Shown: positions 9,840 through 18,803 of the stretch, in pieces | How positions within the stretch are numbered: the first letter of the stretch is position 1 | Layout of the letters: each line of letters begins with the position of its first letter | Assembly (NCBI GenBank): GCA_040755495.1 | Contig: JBFMAT010000014.1 | Location: forward strand, 7,764-71,763 | Source of the DNA: Chloroflexota bacterium | Lineage (GTDB): Bacteria > Chloroflexota > Limnocylindria > Limnocylindrales > CSP1-4 | DNA length: 64,000 nucleotides | Reading direction: 5' to 3' | Translations under genes and position numbers: made by a program | The notes under the pieces: model-generated | The model's input: only the letters and a program-made list of their open reading frames with translations | Database searches by the model: none | What the model was told of the DNA's origin: nothing

Positions 9840-11057
9840 TCAGCGGATGCGCGCGGGTCGCGGGTAGCCGCCCACGCCGCGTCGGCGTGCCATCTCCTCG
9901 TACAGATCCGCCGTCTCGCGCACGAACCGGTCGACGCCGAACGCGGCCGCGACGTGGTCGCGCGCGGCGGAACCGAGACGGAGACGCAGGGGGGCGTCGC
10001 TGGCGAGCCGGGTCAACGCCACGCGCAGCCCCGCGTCGTCGTCAACCGGGACCACGAGGCCGGTCCGACCGTCCTCGACGATCTCCACGGTGCCTCCCGC
10101 GGCCGTGGTCACGATCGGGATCCCGGCCGCGGCCGCCTCGAGCACCGAGTTCGGCAGTCCTTCCGCCATGGACGCCGAGACGAACAGGTCCAGCGCGCCG
10201 AACAGGGGTCGCGCGTCGACGACATCGCCGGTGAGGGTGACCCGGTCGCCCACCCCGAGCTCCGCGATGCGACGCTCGATCACCGGACGCTCGGGCCCGC
10301 CGCCCACCAGCACCAGGCGGGCCTTGGGGACCTGCCGGATCAGGTCCGGCATCGCGGCAACGATCCGCGCGTGGCCCTTGCCGGGCCGCATCGACCCGAC
10401 GTAGCCGACGACGAGATCGTCGTCGGCCGCCCCCCAGCCGGCCCGCCGGGTGCGGCGCTCGTCGGCCGGCATCGGGTCCGGGATGAGCACGCCGTTGCGG
10501 ATGATCCGGATCGATGCGCGATCGATGCCCTCGCGGGCGGCGACGTCGTCGGCGACCGCCTCGGCGTTGGCGAAGATGAGATCTGACTGCCGCCTGGCGA
10601 TCGCGTCGGCGACGCGTTCGAGGGGGCCGAAGGCCTGCTTGTACCCGCTCAGGCTGACCCGGCCGCTGATCAGCACAGGGACGCGCGTCAGGGGCCGGGT
10701 GACGCCCGCGACGGCATAGCCGTGGTACAGCCAGGCATCGACGATGTCGAAGCGCTCGCGCCGGCAGAGACGGACGTAATCGAGCACGACGCGCGAGGCG
10801 TGGACCGCGAGGCGGGGCCGGGACAGCCGCCGCCGCCCGTGGGCGCCCAGCGCATGCACGTGCGCGCCCGCGGCGAGCGCGAGGTCGGCGTTTGGCGTCC
10901 AGGCTCCGAGCATGACGAACGACACGTCGAATCGTTCACGTGGCAGGCGCTCCGCGAGCAGGAGCATCTGGCGCTCGGCACCCCCCACGGTGAGCGACGC
11001 TGGGTACAGGATCCGGAGCCGCTGCGGGCCGCCGGATCCGCCACTCGACGGGGTCAT
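9840..11057 (-). CDS. Glycosyltransferase family 1 (GT4)
   Basis: SLTVGGAERQ N-terminal GT4 motif and C-terminal EGLPNSVLEAAAAGIPIVTT...GRTGLVV. The start was chosen at the ATG 11057 so as not to overlap the divergent gene. Confidence 0.8.
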   Translation of the reverse strand: MTPSSGGSGGPQRLRILYPASLTVGGAERQMLLLAERLPRERFDVSFVMLGAWTPNADLALAAGAHVHALGAHGRRRLSRPRLAVHASRVVLDYVRLCRRERFDIVDAWLYHGYAVAGVTRPLTRVPVLISGRVSLSGYKQAFGPLERVADAIARRQSDLIFANAEAVADDVAAREGIDRASIRIIRNGVLIPDPMPADERRTRRAGWGAADDDLVVGYVGSMRPGKGHARIVAAMPDLIRQVPKARLVLVGGGPERPVIERRIAELGVGDRVTLTGDVVDARPLFGALDLFVSASMAEGLPNSVLEAAAAGIPIVTTAAGGTVEIVEDGRTGLVVPVDDDAGLRVALTRLASDAPLRLRLGSAARDHVAAAFGVDRFVRETADLYEEMARRRGVGGYPRPARIR

Positions 11058-11110
11058 CACGCTGAGGATAGCCGGGACGGCTCCACGGCTCGCCGGGCTA
11101 TGCTCCGCCC

Positions 11111-12811
11111 ATGGTCGGCTCATCTGATCGCACCGCCGCCCACCTCCTCGTGGACTGCCTCGCGGCCGAGGGCTGCGAGTGGGTGTTCTCCGTGCCCGGC
11201 GAGGAGACGATGGACGTCCTCGAGGCGCTCGCCGACCACGAGCAGGTCCGCCACGTGACCACCCGCCACGAGCAGGGCGCGGCGTTCATGGCGGACGTCC
11301 ACGGGCGGCTCACCGGGCGCTGCGCCGTCGCGATGGCCACCCTGGGGCCCGGGGCGACCAACCTCGTGACCGGCATCGCGGACGCCTACCTCGACCGGGC
11401 GCCGATGGTCGCGCTCACCGGCCAGACCGGGATCGACAAGGTCCACAAGGAGTCGCACCAGTACGTGGACATCCCGCGGATGCTGGAGCCGGTCACGAAG
11501 TGGACGACGCGCGTGCAGCGGGCCGGGGCGATCCCCGAGATCGTGGCCAAGGCATTCCGCGTCGCGCAGCTCGCGAAGCCCGGACCGACCCACATCGAGC
11601 TGCCGGAGGACGTCGCCGCCAGCGTGGTGGATCCCGAGCTGGTGCCGCTGCCGTGCTCGCGCGCCTACTTCCCCGAGCCCACCGACGAGGCGATCGCCCA
11701 CGCGGCCTCGCTGATCGCATCCTCGTCACGACCGATCGTCCTGGCCGGCAACGGCGTGCTTCGCCGCCATGCGTCGCCGGAGCTGCGCGCCTTCGCCCGG
11801 GGCCTCCACGTCCCCGTCGCAGCCACGTTCATGGGCAAGGGCGCCATCGACGACCGATCGCACCTGTCGCTGATGGCCGTGGGCCTCCAGGCGCGCGACC
11901 ACGTGCTGTCCGGCTTCGACCGCGCGGACCTCGTGATCGCCGTGGGCTACGACCAGGTGGAGTACGCACCCGAGCGCTGGAACCCGGACGGCAGGACGAA
12001 GATCCTGCACATCGACACCGCGCCGTCCGAGGTCGACGCCGCCTACCGGCCCGAGGTGGAGCTGATCGGCGACATCGACGGCACGCTCCGCCGCCTGCTG
12101 GCGGCCGTCCTGCCGCGGGGCATCAACGGGCGCGATGCCGCCGAGCGCCACGCGTCGCGCGAGATCCTGGTCCACGCCGACCTGCGCCAGCGCCTGCTCG
12201 AGGACCTCAGGGCGTACGAGGCCGACGACGGCTGGCCGATCCGGCCCCAGAAGGCGATCGCGGACCTGCGCGCCGCCCTCGCCCCCGAGGACGTGGTGGT
12301 GAGCGACGTCGGCGCGCACAAGATCTGGGTCGCCCGGCTGTACCAGGCGTACGAGCCCAACACCGTGATCATCTCCAACGGCTTCGCGTCGATGGGGATC
12401 GCGCTGCCGGGTGCGATCGCGGCCGCCCTCGTCCACCCCGACCGCCACGTCGTCGCGCTGTGCGGCGACGGCGGCTTCCTGATGAACGTCCAGGAGCTGG
12501 AGACCGCGGTCCGGCTGGGCGTCCGGGTGACGGTGGTCGTGTGGCGCGACGACGGCTACGGGCTGATCGACTGGAAGCAGCGCAACGAGTTCGGGCGGCC
12601 GTTCGGCGTGTCGTTCGGCAACCCCGACTTCGTGGCCCTCGCCGAGTCGTTCGGGATGCCGGCGTTCCGGCCCCAGTCGGCCGCGGACCTCGCCCCCATG
12701 CTGCGCCGGGCGCTGGACGTGGCCGGCCCGTCGCTGGTCGAGGTCCCGATCGACTACCGCGAGAACCTGCGGCTCACCGAGCGGCTCGGGGCGCTGGATC
12801 CCTGGGGGTAG
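11111..12811 (+). CDS. Thiamine-pyrophosphate-dependent enzyme, acetolactate synthase large-subunit family (candidate YerE-like sugar C-branching enzyme)
   Basis: 566 aa with an IlvB/AlsS-like three-domain layout: N-terminal CLAAEGCEWVFSVPGEE, central domain, and C-terminal GDGGFLMNVQELETA (the TPP-binding GDG...N motif). Confidence 0.85.
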   Translation: MVGSSDRTAAHLLVDCLAAEGCEWVFSVPGEETMDVLEALADHEQVRHVTTRHEQGAAFMADVHGRLTGRCAVAMATLGPGATNLVTGIADAYLDRAPMVALTGQTGIDKVHKESHQYVDIPRMLEPVTKWTTRVQRAGAIPEIVAKAFRVAQLAKPGPTHIELPEDVAASVVDPELVPLPCSRAYFPEPTDEAIAHAASLIASSSRPIVLAGNGVLRRHASPELRAFARGLHVPVAATFMGKGAIDDRSHLSLMAVGLQARDHVLSGFDRADLVIAVGYDQVEYAPERWNPDGRTKILHIDTAPSEVDAAYRPEVELIGDIDGTLRRLLAAVLPRGINGRDAAERHASREILVHADLRQRLLEDLRAYEADDGWPIRPQKAIADLRAALAPEDVVVSDVGAHKIWVARLYQAYEPNTVIISNGFASMGIALPGAIAAALVHPDRHVVALCGDGGFLMNVQELETAVRLGVRVTVVVWRDDGYGLIDWKQRNEFGRPFGVSFGNPDFVALAESFGMPAFRPQSAADLAPMLRRALDVAGPSLVEVPIDYRENLRLTERLGALDPWG

Positions 12812-12817
12812 CGGCGC

Positions 12818-12838
12818 CGGGACGCGAGCGCCGTCCCC
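12818..12838. terminator. Weak GC-rich hairpin between convergent genes (possible bidirectional terminator)
   Basis: A GGGACG / CGTCCC inverted repeat with a 7-nt loop, lying between the TPP-enzyme stop (12811) and the minus-strand gene stop (12885). There is no T-run. Confidence 0.25.
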
Positions 12839-12884
12839 GCAAGGCGAGCACGGCCGGGCGGGATCGAGGTGCAGCCCCGCCGGG

Positions 12885-13478
12885 TCAGGGGGTTGGCGAT
12901 TCCGCGCGGGCGCGCAACGACCGGTCCAGCTGGGCCAGCGGCCCCAGCATCGCCAGCAGACCCTGTGCGCCGCTGCGGTAGGCCGCCGCGTTGGACAGGC
13001 CGGCCTGGAGGGTCTGCCGGTTGACGCGGAGCGCCCCCTCGTACACGGCGTCCAGCTGTCCCGCGAGCGCGGCCGCGGACGGGTCGGCGGCCAGCAGCTC
13101 GACAGCGGCGCGGGCGCCGCTCAGGATCGTGTTTGACCGGCGGAGCAGGTCCGCGACCTCGGACGCGGGAGCGCCGTCCGCGAGCGCGGTCTCGAGCTCG
13201 ACCTGCAGCCCAGCGAGCTGGCTGTTCGCGTCGACGAGCCGGCCGATGACGGCCTGGCCGACGCCGGGGCTCGCGGGGACCGGCGTGCTCGATGGTCGGG
13301 GTGACGGCGGGGCACCCGTCGGCGCCGTGGCCGCCGGCCGATCCTGGCCGCCGAGGGACGCCGCGACGGCCGCCAGGAGGAGGACGACGACCGCGACGAG
13401 CACCAGCGCGATCGCTTCCGGTGATGCGAGCGTGCGGAGCTGGGACGGCGGCCTCCGCCGGCTCGATGCGGCGGTCAT
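12885..13478 (-). CDS. Membrane-anchored hypothetical protein (N-terminal TM, Pro-rich linker, Ala/Leu-rich helical domain)
   Basis: MTAASSRRRPPSQLRTLASPEAIALVLVAVVVLLLAAVAASLGG, then a PTGAPPSPRPSSTPVP linker. Its ATG at 13478 overlaps the upstream stop (ATGA). Confidence 0.5.
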   Translation of the reverse strand: MTAASSRRRPPSQLRTLASPEAIALVLVAVVVLLLAAVAASLGGQDRPAATAPTGAPPSPRPSSTPVPASPGVGQAVIGRLVDANSQLAGLQVELETALADGAPASEVADLLRRSNTILSGARAAVELLAADPSAAALAGQLDAVYEGALRVNRQTLQAGLSNAAAYRSGAQGLLAMLGPLAQLDRSLRARAESPTP

Positions 13479-14485
13479 GTTGTCTCCCGGAGCGCAGCCG
13501 TCGCGGCATCGACCACGTCGTCGGCGAGCTGCACGGGATCGCTGCCCGCGATCGAGGTGAACACCGCGAGGATCCGCGGCGTCGACCCGACCTTCTCCGT
13601 CACCACGACCCGTCCCTCGAGGCTGGTGGCATCGACCCTGGCAATCGCAACCTCGAGGGCGGGCATCCCGGGCCGCTGGTCCACGGGGCCGACGATCCGG
13701 AACGTGCCGTGGCCCACGGAGATCTCGTAGCGACAGCCGGCGAGCAGCGGCGCCGCACCCGTCATGCACACGCCCGACGCCAGGACCCGGACCGCGCCCG
13801 CCGCCGGCGGGGCGGCCGGTTCGCCGGGGGGTGCGGCCGACCGGACGACCTCGGCCTGCTCCGCCCCGGTCCCTGGCGCGGCGCCACGCGGTGCAGGACG
13901 AGCCGCCTCGGCCCGTTCCGTGGCACGCACGGACGGCGCGGCCACCGGCGCGGCGGGCCGCGAGCGGGCCCCCGTGTCGGTGCCCCGCCCGGCCGTGCCC
14001 CGCCCAGAGGTGCCCCGCCCAGAGGTGCCCCGCCCGGCCGTTCGCGACGCGGGTCCTGCGACGTCGGCGGAGATCGCCACCCGTTCCGGGTGGCTCGGCT
14101 TGGCGACCGCCTCTCCGCAGACGCCGCACACCCACATCCAGCCGGCCACCTTGGCGCCGCAGGCGCGGCAGCGCCCGGGCGGCGCGAGGATCAGCAGCGC
14201 GAGCGCGACGGGTCCGAGCAGAGCCCCGAACACCGCCCACAGCACGGGGTTGCGGCCGCGACCATGGGCCACCATGACGCCTGCCACCCCGAACACCGCG
14301 AGCCAATCGACGACCAGGAGGAGGATGAACGGGTCGATCGATTGCTCCTTCTCGTGGCGGCGCACGGGCTGGCCGTGACGCGCGACGTCGATGGGTGCGA
14401 GGGCGGCGCGCGGTGCGCGGGGTGCGTCAGTGAGCTCCCGGACCGGGATCGCCACCGGGCGGTATGACGGCGGTCCGGCGAGCAT
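13475..14485 (-). CDS. Membrane protein with zinc-ribbon (CxxC...CxxC) and low-complexity GRGT(S/A) repeat linker
   Basis: TM segments (FILLLVVDWLAVFGVAGVMV, LWAVFGALLGPVALALLILA), then CRACGAKVAGWMWVCGVCGE, then GRGTSGRGTSGRGTAGRGT encoded by a 15-bp tandem repeat at about 13977-14040. Confidence 0.5.
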   Translation of the reverse strand: MLAGPPSYRPVAIPVRELTDAPRAPRAALAPIDVARHGQPVRRHEKEQSIDPFILLLVVDWLAVFGVAGVMVAHGRGRNPVLWAVFGALLGPVALALLILAPPGRCRACGAKVAGWMWVCGVCGEAVAKPSHPERVAISADVAGPASRTAGRGTSGRGTSGRGTAGRGTDTGARSRPAAPVAAPSVRATERAEAARPAPRGAAPGTGAEQAEVVRSAAPPGEPAAPPAAGAVRVLASGVCMTGAAPLLAGCRYEISVGHGTFRIVGPVDQRPGMPALEVAIARVDATSLEGRVVVTEKVGSTPRILAVFTSIAGSDPVQLADDVVDAATAALRETT

Positions 14486-14723
14486 ATCCGAGTCCCGCCA
14501 CGAACCTCGCAGCGGGGTTCACCCGAGGCTATGGTCGGGGCGCCAGGCGGCAGGGCCGTTGACTCGCTCGCACGGCCCGGCGCATCTCGCCCGACCGTCA
14601 TCGCAGGCCCGACTCCGCGGTCGCCCTGCCCTGGAGTCGCGACCGCCCGGCGTCGCCCGCCGGCCCGCCACCCTGGCACCCGAGCGACCACGGATCCCGT
14701 GCGTCGCGGCCGGCCGTGGTGCA

Positions 14724-15449
14724 CTAATGCATCGTGTCACCCGGCGCCCAGGCGTGGACGCGCGCGTGCCCGCCCCGCGCCTCGATCGCGGCGGCCAGGG
14801 CCGCGGGGGTCCCGGCGAGGATCGGGAACGTGCCCCAGTGGACCGGCAGGACGTCGTGGACGCCCAGCAGCTCCGCGGCCAGCGAGGCGCCCGCGGGGTC
14901 CATCGTGAAGTGGCCGCCGATGGGCAGGATCGCGAGGTCCGGCCGGAACAGGTCGCGGATCAGGGCCATGTCCCCGAAGGCGGTCGTGTCGCCGGCGTGG
15001 TAGACGCGGAACCCGTTCTCCAGCTCGATCACGAACCCGATCGGCTGGCCGAAGTAGTGGACCGACTCGCCGCCCATCGTGTCGCCGGCGGAGTGGACGG
15101 CGGGGACCATCGTGATCCGCAGGCCGCGCGTCTCGACCGTGCCGCCCTGGTTCATGCCGATGACCTCGGCCGCCTCGCCCAGCTCGCGGCCGAGGTACAG
15201 GCTCAGCTCGTGGATGCAGGGCATCACCGGTCCGAGCCGCCGGGCGAGGGCGAGCGTGTCGGTGTCGAAGTGGTCGAAGTGGCCGTGCGTCACGAGGAGC
15301 ACGTCGCAGGCCGCCTGCTGCTCCTGGGTCCGCGGGCTGGTGGGATTGCCGAACCAGGGGTCGATCAGCACGGTCCTGCCGCCCGGCGTGACGATCTCCA
15401 CGCCGGCGTGCCCCAGCCAGGTGAACGAGGTGTCGCGACCGAGCGCCAT
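14724..15449 (-). CDS. Metallo-beta-lactamase-fold metal-dependent hydrolase (UPF0173-like)
   Basis: A VLLVTHGHFDHFD motif and the further His/Asp ligands (HAGD, HWGTF); 241 aa. Confidence 0.8.
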   Translation of the reverse strand: MALGRDTSFTWLGHAGVEIVTPGGRTVLIDPWFGNPTSPRTQEQQAACDVLLVTHGHFDHFDTDTLALARRLGPVMPCIHELSLYLGRELGEAAEVIGMNQGGTVETRGLRITMVPAVHSAGDTMGGESVHYFGQPIGFVIELENGFRVYHAGDTTAFGDMALIRDLFRPDLAILPIGGHFTMDPAGASLAAELLGVHDVLPVHWGTFPILAGTPAALAAAIEARGGHARVHAWAPGDTMH

Positions 15450-15535
15450 GCCGGAACCTCCTGCCGCCGCGCGGCGGCGTCTCGCGTACGGGCCGTCGGG
15501 GCCATTATCCGCCGCCCGGCGGCTACACTCGGACC

Positions 15536-16390
15536 GTGGCCGCGGAGCAGATCGCCTCGAACCTCGCGCTGATCAACTGGACGGTGCTGTCGAGCGTCGC
15601 GGTCGGCTCCTTCGCCGTGGTCGTGCTGGCCAGGCTGCGGACCGCTGCCACCAGGGGATTCCTCGCGTTCACCGCCTTCGCGTCCGCGGTCTTTGCCGGG
15701 CTCGCCTACCTGTCCGACACCGGGCTGGGGCCGATCGCGGCGGGCTCGCCGGTGACCGCGGATCCCGCGTTCGACCTCCCGCGCCGGGCGGCGCTCGCGC
15801 TGTTCGCCGTCCTGTCGCTGGTCGCCACCGTCGCGATCGCGCGGGGCGGCCGGGCGACCGTCATCCTGCTCGCCGGCCTGGGCACGGGCGTGGCCGCGCT
15901 GCTGCTGGGGGCGCTGACCTGGGGCGGCAGCGGGCCGGGCGTCATCCCGCTCGCGATCCAGCTCCTCGTGCTCGCGGGGGCGACCGGCGGCGTGTTCGCC
16001 GCGATGATCCTGGGCCACTGGTACCTGGTCACGCCCCGGCTGCCGGAGGCGCCGCTGGTGATGGTGTCCCGGCGGCTGTTCTGGCTGGTGGGCCTGCAGG
16101 TGCTGCTGTTCGTCGTGTGGGTGGGGTTCGGAGTGGGGCCCGGCGACGCGGGCCCGGGCGGCAGCGACGGCCCGTTCGGGGCGCTGGTGGGACCGTGGGC
16201 GCTGTTCGTGTGGCTGCGGCTGGTCGTGGGGCTGGTGTTCCCGCTGGTCGTGTCCTGGGCGGCGGTGCAGACGGCGCGCTCGCGGTCGATGGAGTCGGCG
16301 ACCGGGCTGCTGTACATCAACGTGGGCACGATCGCATCCGGGACGATCCTGGCCGCGGGCCTCTACTTTGGCGCGGGGCTGCTGGTCTGA
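15536..16390 (+). CDS. Integral membrane protein, function unknown (about 8 TM)
   Basis: Strongly hydrophobic 284-aa ORF. Its stop overlaps the start of the MoaD-MoaE gene (TGATG). Confidence 0.55.
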   Translation: MAAEQIASNLALINWTVLSSVAVGSFAVVVLARLRTAATRGFLAFTAFASAVFAGLAYLSDTGLGPIAAGSPVTADPAFDLPRRAALALFAVLSLVATVAIARGGRATVILLAGLGTGVAALLLGALTWGGSGPGVIPLAIQLLVLAGATGGVFAAMILGHWYLVTPRLPEAPLVMVSRRLFWLVGLQVLLFVVWVGFGVGPGDAGPGGSDGPFGALVGPWALFVWLRLVVGLVFPLVVSWAAVQTARSRSMESATGLLYINVGTIASGTILAAGLYFGAGLLV

Positions 16391-17187
16391 TGGCCGTCCT
16401 GCCGCCGTTGCGCATCCGGGTCCGCCTGTTCGCAATGCAGCGCGAGGCCGCGGGGACGAAGGAGCTGCGGCTCGAGGTGCCGCTGGGCTCGACGGTGGAC
16501 GACGCGTGGAGCGCGGTGGTCGAGGTGGTGCCGGGCCTGGCGCCGGGCCGGGTATCGCTGCGGTTCGCGGTCAACGGCAGCTACGCGGACCCCGCCACGC
16601 CGCTGTCCGACGGCGACGAGGTCGCCTGCATCCCGCCGGTCAGCGGCGGCTCCGGCGAGGCCGGCGAGGCCGACGTCGCCGGCGACGCGACGCGCCTCCG
16701 AATTCTCGACATCCGCTCGGCGCCGTTCGGGGCGGACCTGGTCGCGGACCTGGCCGATCGCCTGGCCACGGACGAGGACGGCGGCGTGGTCGCGTTCCTG
16801 GGGCGGACGCGGGTCACGCCCGGCACCCCGGCGCCGGGCCAGGAGGCGGAGGCCGCGCGGCACGCCGGCCGGGTCGTGGAGGGGCTGGAGTACGAGGCGT
16901 TCGAGCCGATGGCGCTCGCGGTCCTCGCGCAGATCGCCGACGAGATCGAGGCGCGCTTCGGCGTCCGGCGGGTCGCCATCGTCCACCGGACCGGGCCCGT
17001 GCCCCTGGGCGAGGCGTCGATCGTGGTGGTGGCCGCGGCCCCGCACCGCGACGCCGCGTTCGACGCCGCCCGCTACGCCATCGACGAGACGAAGGCGCGC
17101 GCGCCGATCTGGAAGGCCGAGCGGTTCCGCGACGGGCACGTCTGGATCGGCCACGCCGCGCGCACCGGGCCGTCGGACCCGGCGTAG
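16390..17187 (+). CDS. moaX: Fused molybdopterin synthase MoaD-MoaE (MoaX-like)
   Basis: The N-terminal MoaD-like part ends in ...DGDEVACIPPVSGG (a Gly-Gly). The C-terminal MoaE-like part has VVAFLGRTR...VEGLEYEAFEPMA...IVHRTG...PIWK. Total 265 aa. Confidence 0.8.
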   Translation: MAVLPPLRIRVRLFAMQREAAGTKELRLEVPLGSTVDDAWSAVVEVVPGLAPGRVSLRFAVNGSYADPATPLSDGDEVACIPPVSGGSGEAGEADVAGDATRLRILDIRSAPFGADLVADLADRLATDEDGGVVAFLGRTRVTPGTPAPGQEAEAARHAGRVVEGLEYEAFEPMALAVLAQIADEIEARFGVRRVAIVHRTGPVPLGEASIVVVAAAPHRDAAFDAARYAIDETKARAPIWKAERFRDGHVWIGHAARTGPSDPA

Positions 17188-17204
17188 CCCGCCATACTGG
17201 GCGC

Positions 17205-18803
17205 ATGGACGAGCTCGGGGCGACCGGGGACCTCGACGCGCTGCGGGAGCGCGCCACGTCCCTCGCCGCCGCCTGGGGTGCCGCCGCGGCGTCCGTGACG
17301 ACCGTCGGCCAGGAGCGCGCGATCCTGCGCCTGTTCGGCGTGGCGGGCATCGACCGGGCGCGCCGCCCGCTGGCGACCGAGGTCGTGGACCGCTACCTCG
17401 CCCCGGACCCGGGCCGCCTGGGCGGCGGGGTCGCGCTGCCGTTCGCGATGGCGATGGCCGAGTACGACCTGGGCCCCCACGACCTCGCGCTCGAGGTCGC
17501 GGCGGGCAACGTGGACCTCGGGCTCGAGGCGGAGCTGCTGGCGGAGCCCGACCGGCGGGCGATCGCGGTGGCGGACGCGACCCGGCTCGCCCGCGCCGCG
17601 TTGGAGCGCGTGGACGCGAACCGCACCGCCCGCCGCGAGCTGCTCGCCCTGCTCGGCGACCCGCCGCGACCGTGGCTGGGCGTCGCGCTCGAGGAGCCGG
17701 CGATCATCGACGCGCTCGACGAGGCCGCCATCGCGATCGACGCCGGCGTGGAGCTGGTCCGCGTCGAGGTGCCGCCCAGCCGGGAGCTGACCGCCCGGAT
17801 GGCGCGGATCGCCGGTGGCCCGGTCGAGGCGTGGCGGGCCGGACCCGCCTCGCGCGGCGGTCTCGATGCCTACGACCCGTCGGGCCAGCCGATCCCGACC
17901 GGGTCCTCGCGCGCGCTCGCCGTCCTGCGGCGGTTCGTCGACGAGGGCGGCGCGCGCCGTCGCGGCTACGTGCGCCTGGTCACCGATGCCCCGGCCCTCG
18001 CCGCGCCCGACCAGGCGGTGGTGGCGGCGTTCGAGCGGATCGACGTCGTGGTCGCGGACCCGATGCGCGAGATCGTGACCGGACGCGTTGACCCGGACCG
18101 GGCGATCGCGGACCACGTGTTCGCCCACCGGCTGCTGGCCCGTGCCGGGACCGGCGTCCTGGTGCCGGCGGGCCCCCTGGTCGTCGCGCCGGACCTCGCC
18201 ACCGGGGTGCCGTCGGACCCGGCCACGCGCTCCGGCCGGGCGCTCGCGCTCCAGCTGCTGGCGGTCGCGCTGGCGCGCCGCGACGGGCTGCCGGCGAGCG
18301 CGATCACCGTCGGCGCGCTGCCCGACTGGCTCACGGACGAGCCGGACGCCCCCGCCCGGGCGGCCGCGGAGATCGCGCTCCGGCGGGCGCTGCTGCCGGA
18401 CCTGGGCCTCGCGTTCGTCGAGCCGCCGCTGCGCGACGACGCCGCCGTCACGTGGCACGCGATCGCGGCGGCGCTCCTGCCCGACGCCGGCCCCGTGGAC
18501 GTGATCCTCCGGCGCCCCGGCGCCTCGCTGCCCGCCCGCGCCCGGCTGACGCGCGCTGCCGCCGCCGTCGCGGCGGGGCTCGCCCGGTCCCGCGTCGCGC
18601 CGCGGCTGGCGGGCGTGGCAGTTGACCACGCTCGCGACGCCGTCCGGGTGGCCGCCGCGACCCTGGCCGCGCTCGAGGAGACGGGCTGGCGGTCGATGGT
18701 CGACCAGCCGCTGGGGTTCGACGAGTCCCGGCTCGGCGCGGACGCCGTGGCCGAGCGGACCGAGGCGTTCGATCCCCTGGTCGTCGGCGAGACTCCCGCG
18801 TAG
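17205..18803 (+). CDS. Conserved hypothetical protein, Ala/Arg-rich, about 532 aa (possible aminomutase-alpha-like TIM-barrel; unverified)
   Basis: A long uninterrupted ORF with non-repetitive composition and plausible domain-like segments. There is no recognisable catalytic motif. Confidence 0.45.
   Translation: MDELGATGDLDALRERATSLAAAWGAAAASVTTVGQERAILRLFGVAGIDRARRPLATEVVDRYLAPDPGRLGGGVALPFAMAMAEYDLGPHDLALEVAAGNVDLGLEAELLAEPDRRAIAVADATRLARAALERVDANRTARRELLALLGDPPRPWLGVALEEPAIIDALDEAAIAIDAGVELVRVEVPPSRELTARMARIAGGPVEAWRAGPASRGGLDAYDPSGQPIPTGSSRALAVLRRFVDEGGARRRGYVRLVTDAPALAAPDQAVVAAFERIDVVVADPMREIVTGRVDPDRAIADHVFAHRLLARAGTGVLVPAGPLVVAPDLATGVPSDPATRSGRALALQLLAVALARRDGLPASAITVGALPDWLTDEPDAPARAAAEIALRRALLPDLGLAFVEPPLRDDAAVTWHAIAAALLPDAGPVDVILRRPGASLPARARLTRAAAAVAAGLARSRVAPRLAGVAVDHARDAVRVAAATLAALEETGWRSMVDQPLGFDESRLGADAVAERTEAFDPLVVGETPA

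Noticed and set aside
15079-16389. N-terminal 437 aa of the 702-aa plus-strand ORF that ends in MoaD-MoaE
   Set aside because: It is a different-frame overlap of the supported 8-TM membrane protein (15536..16390) and of the MBL hydrolase antisense strand. The MoaX start at 16390 fits the TGATG coupling.
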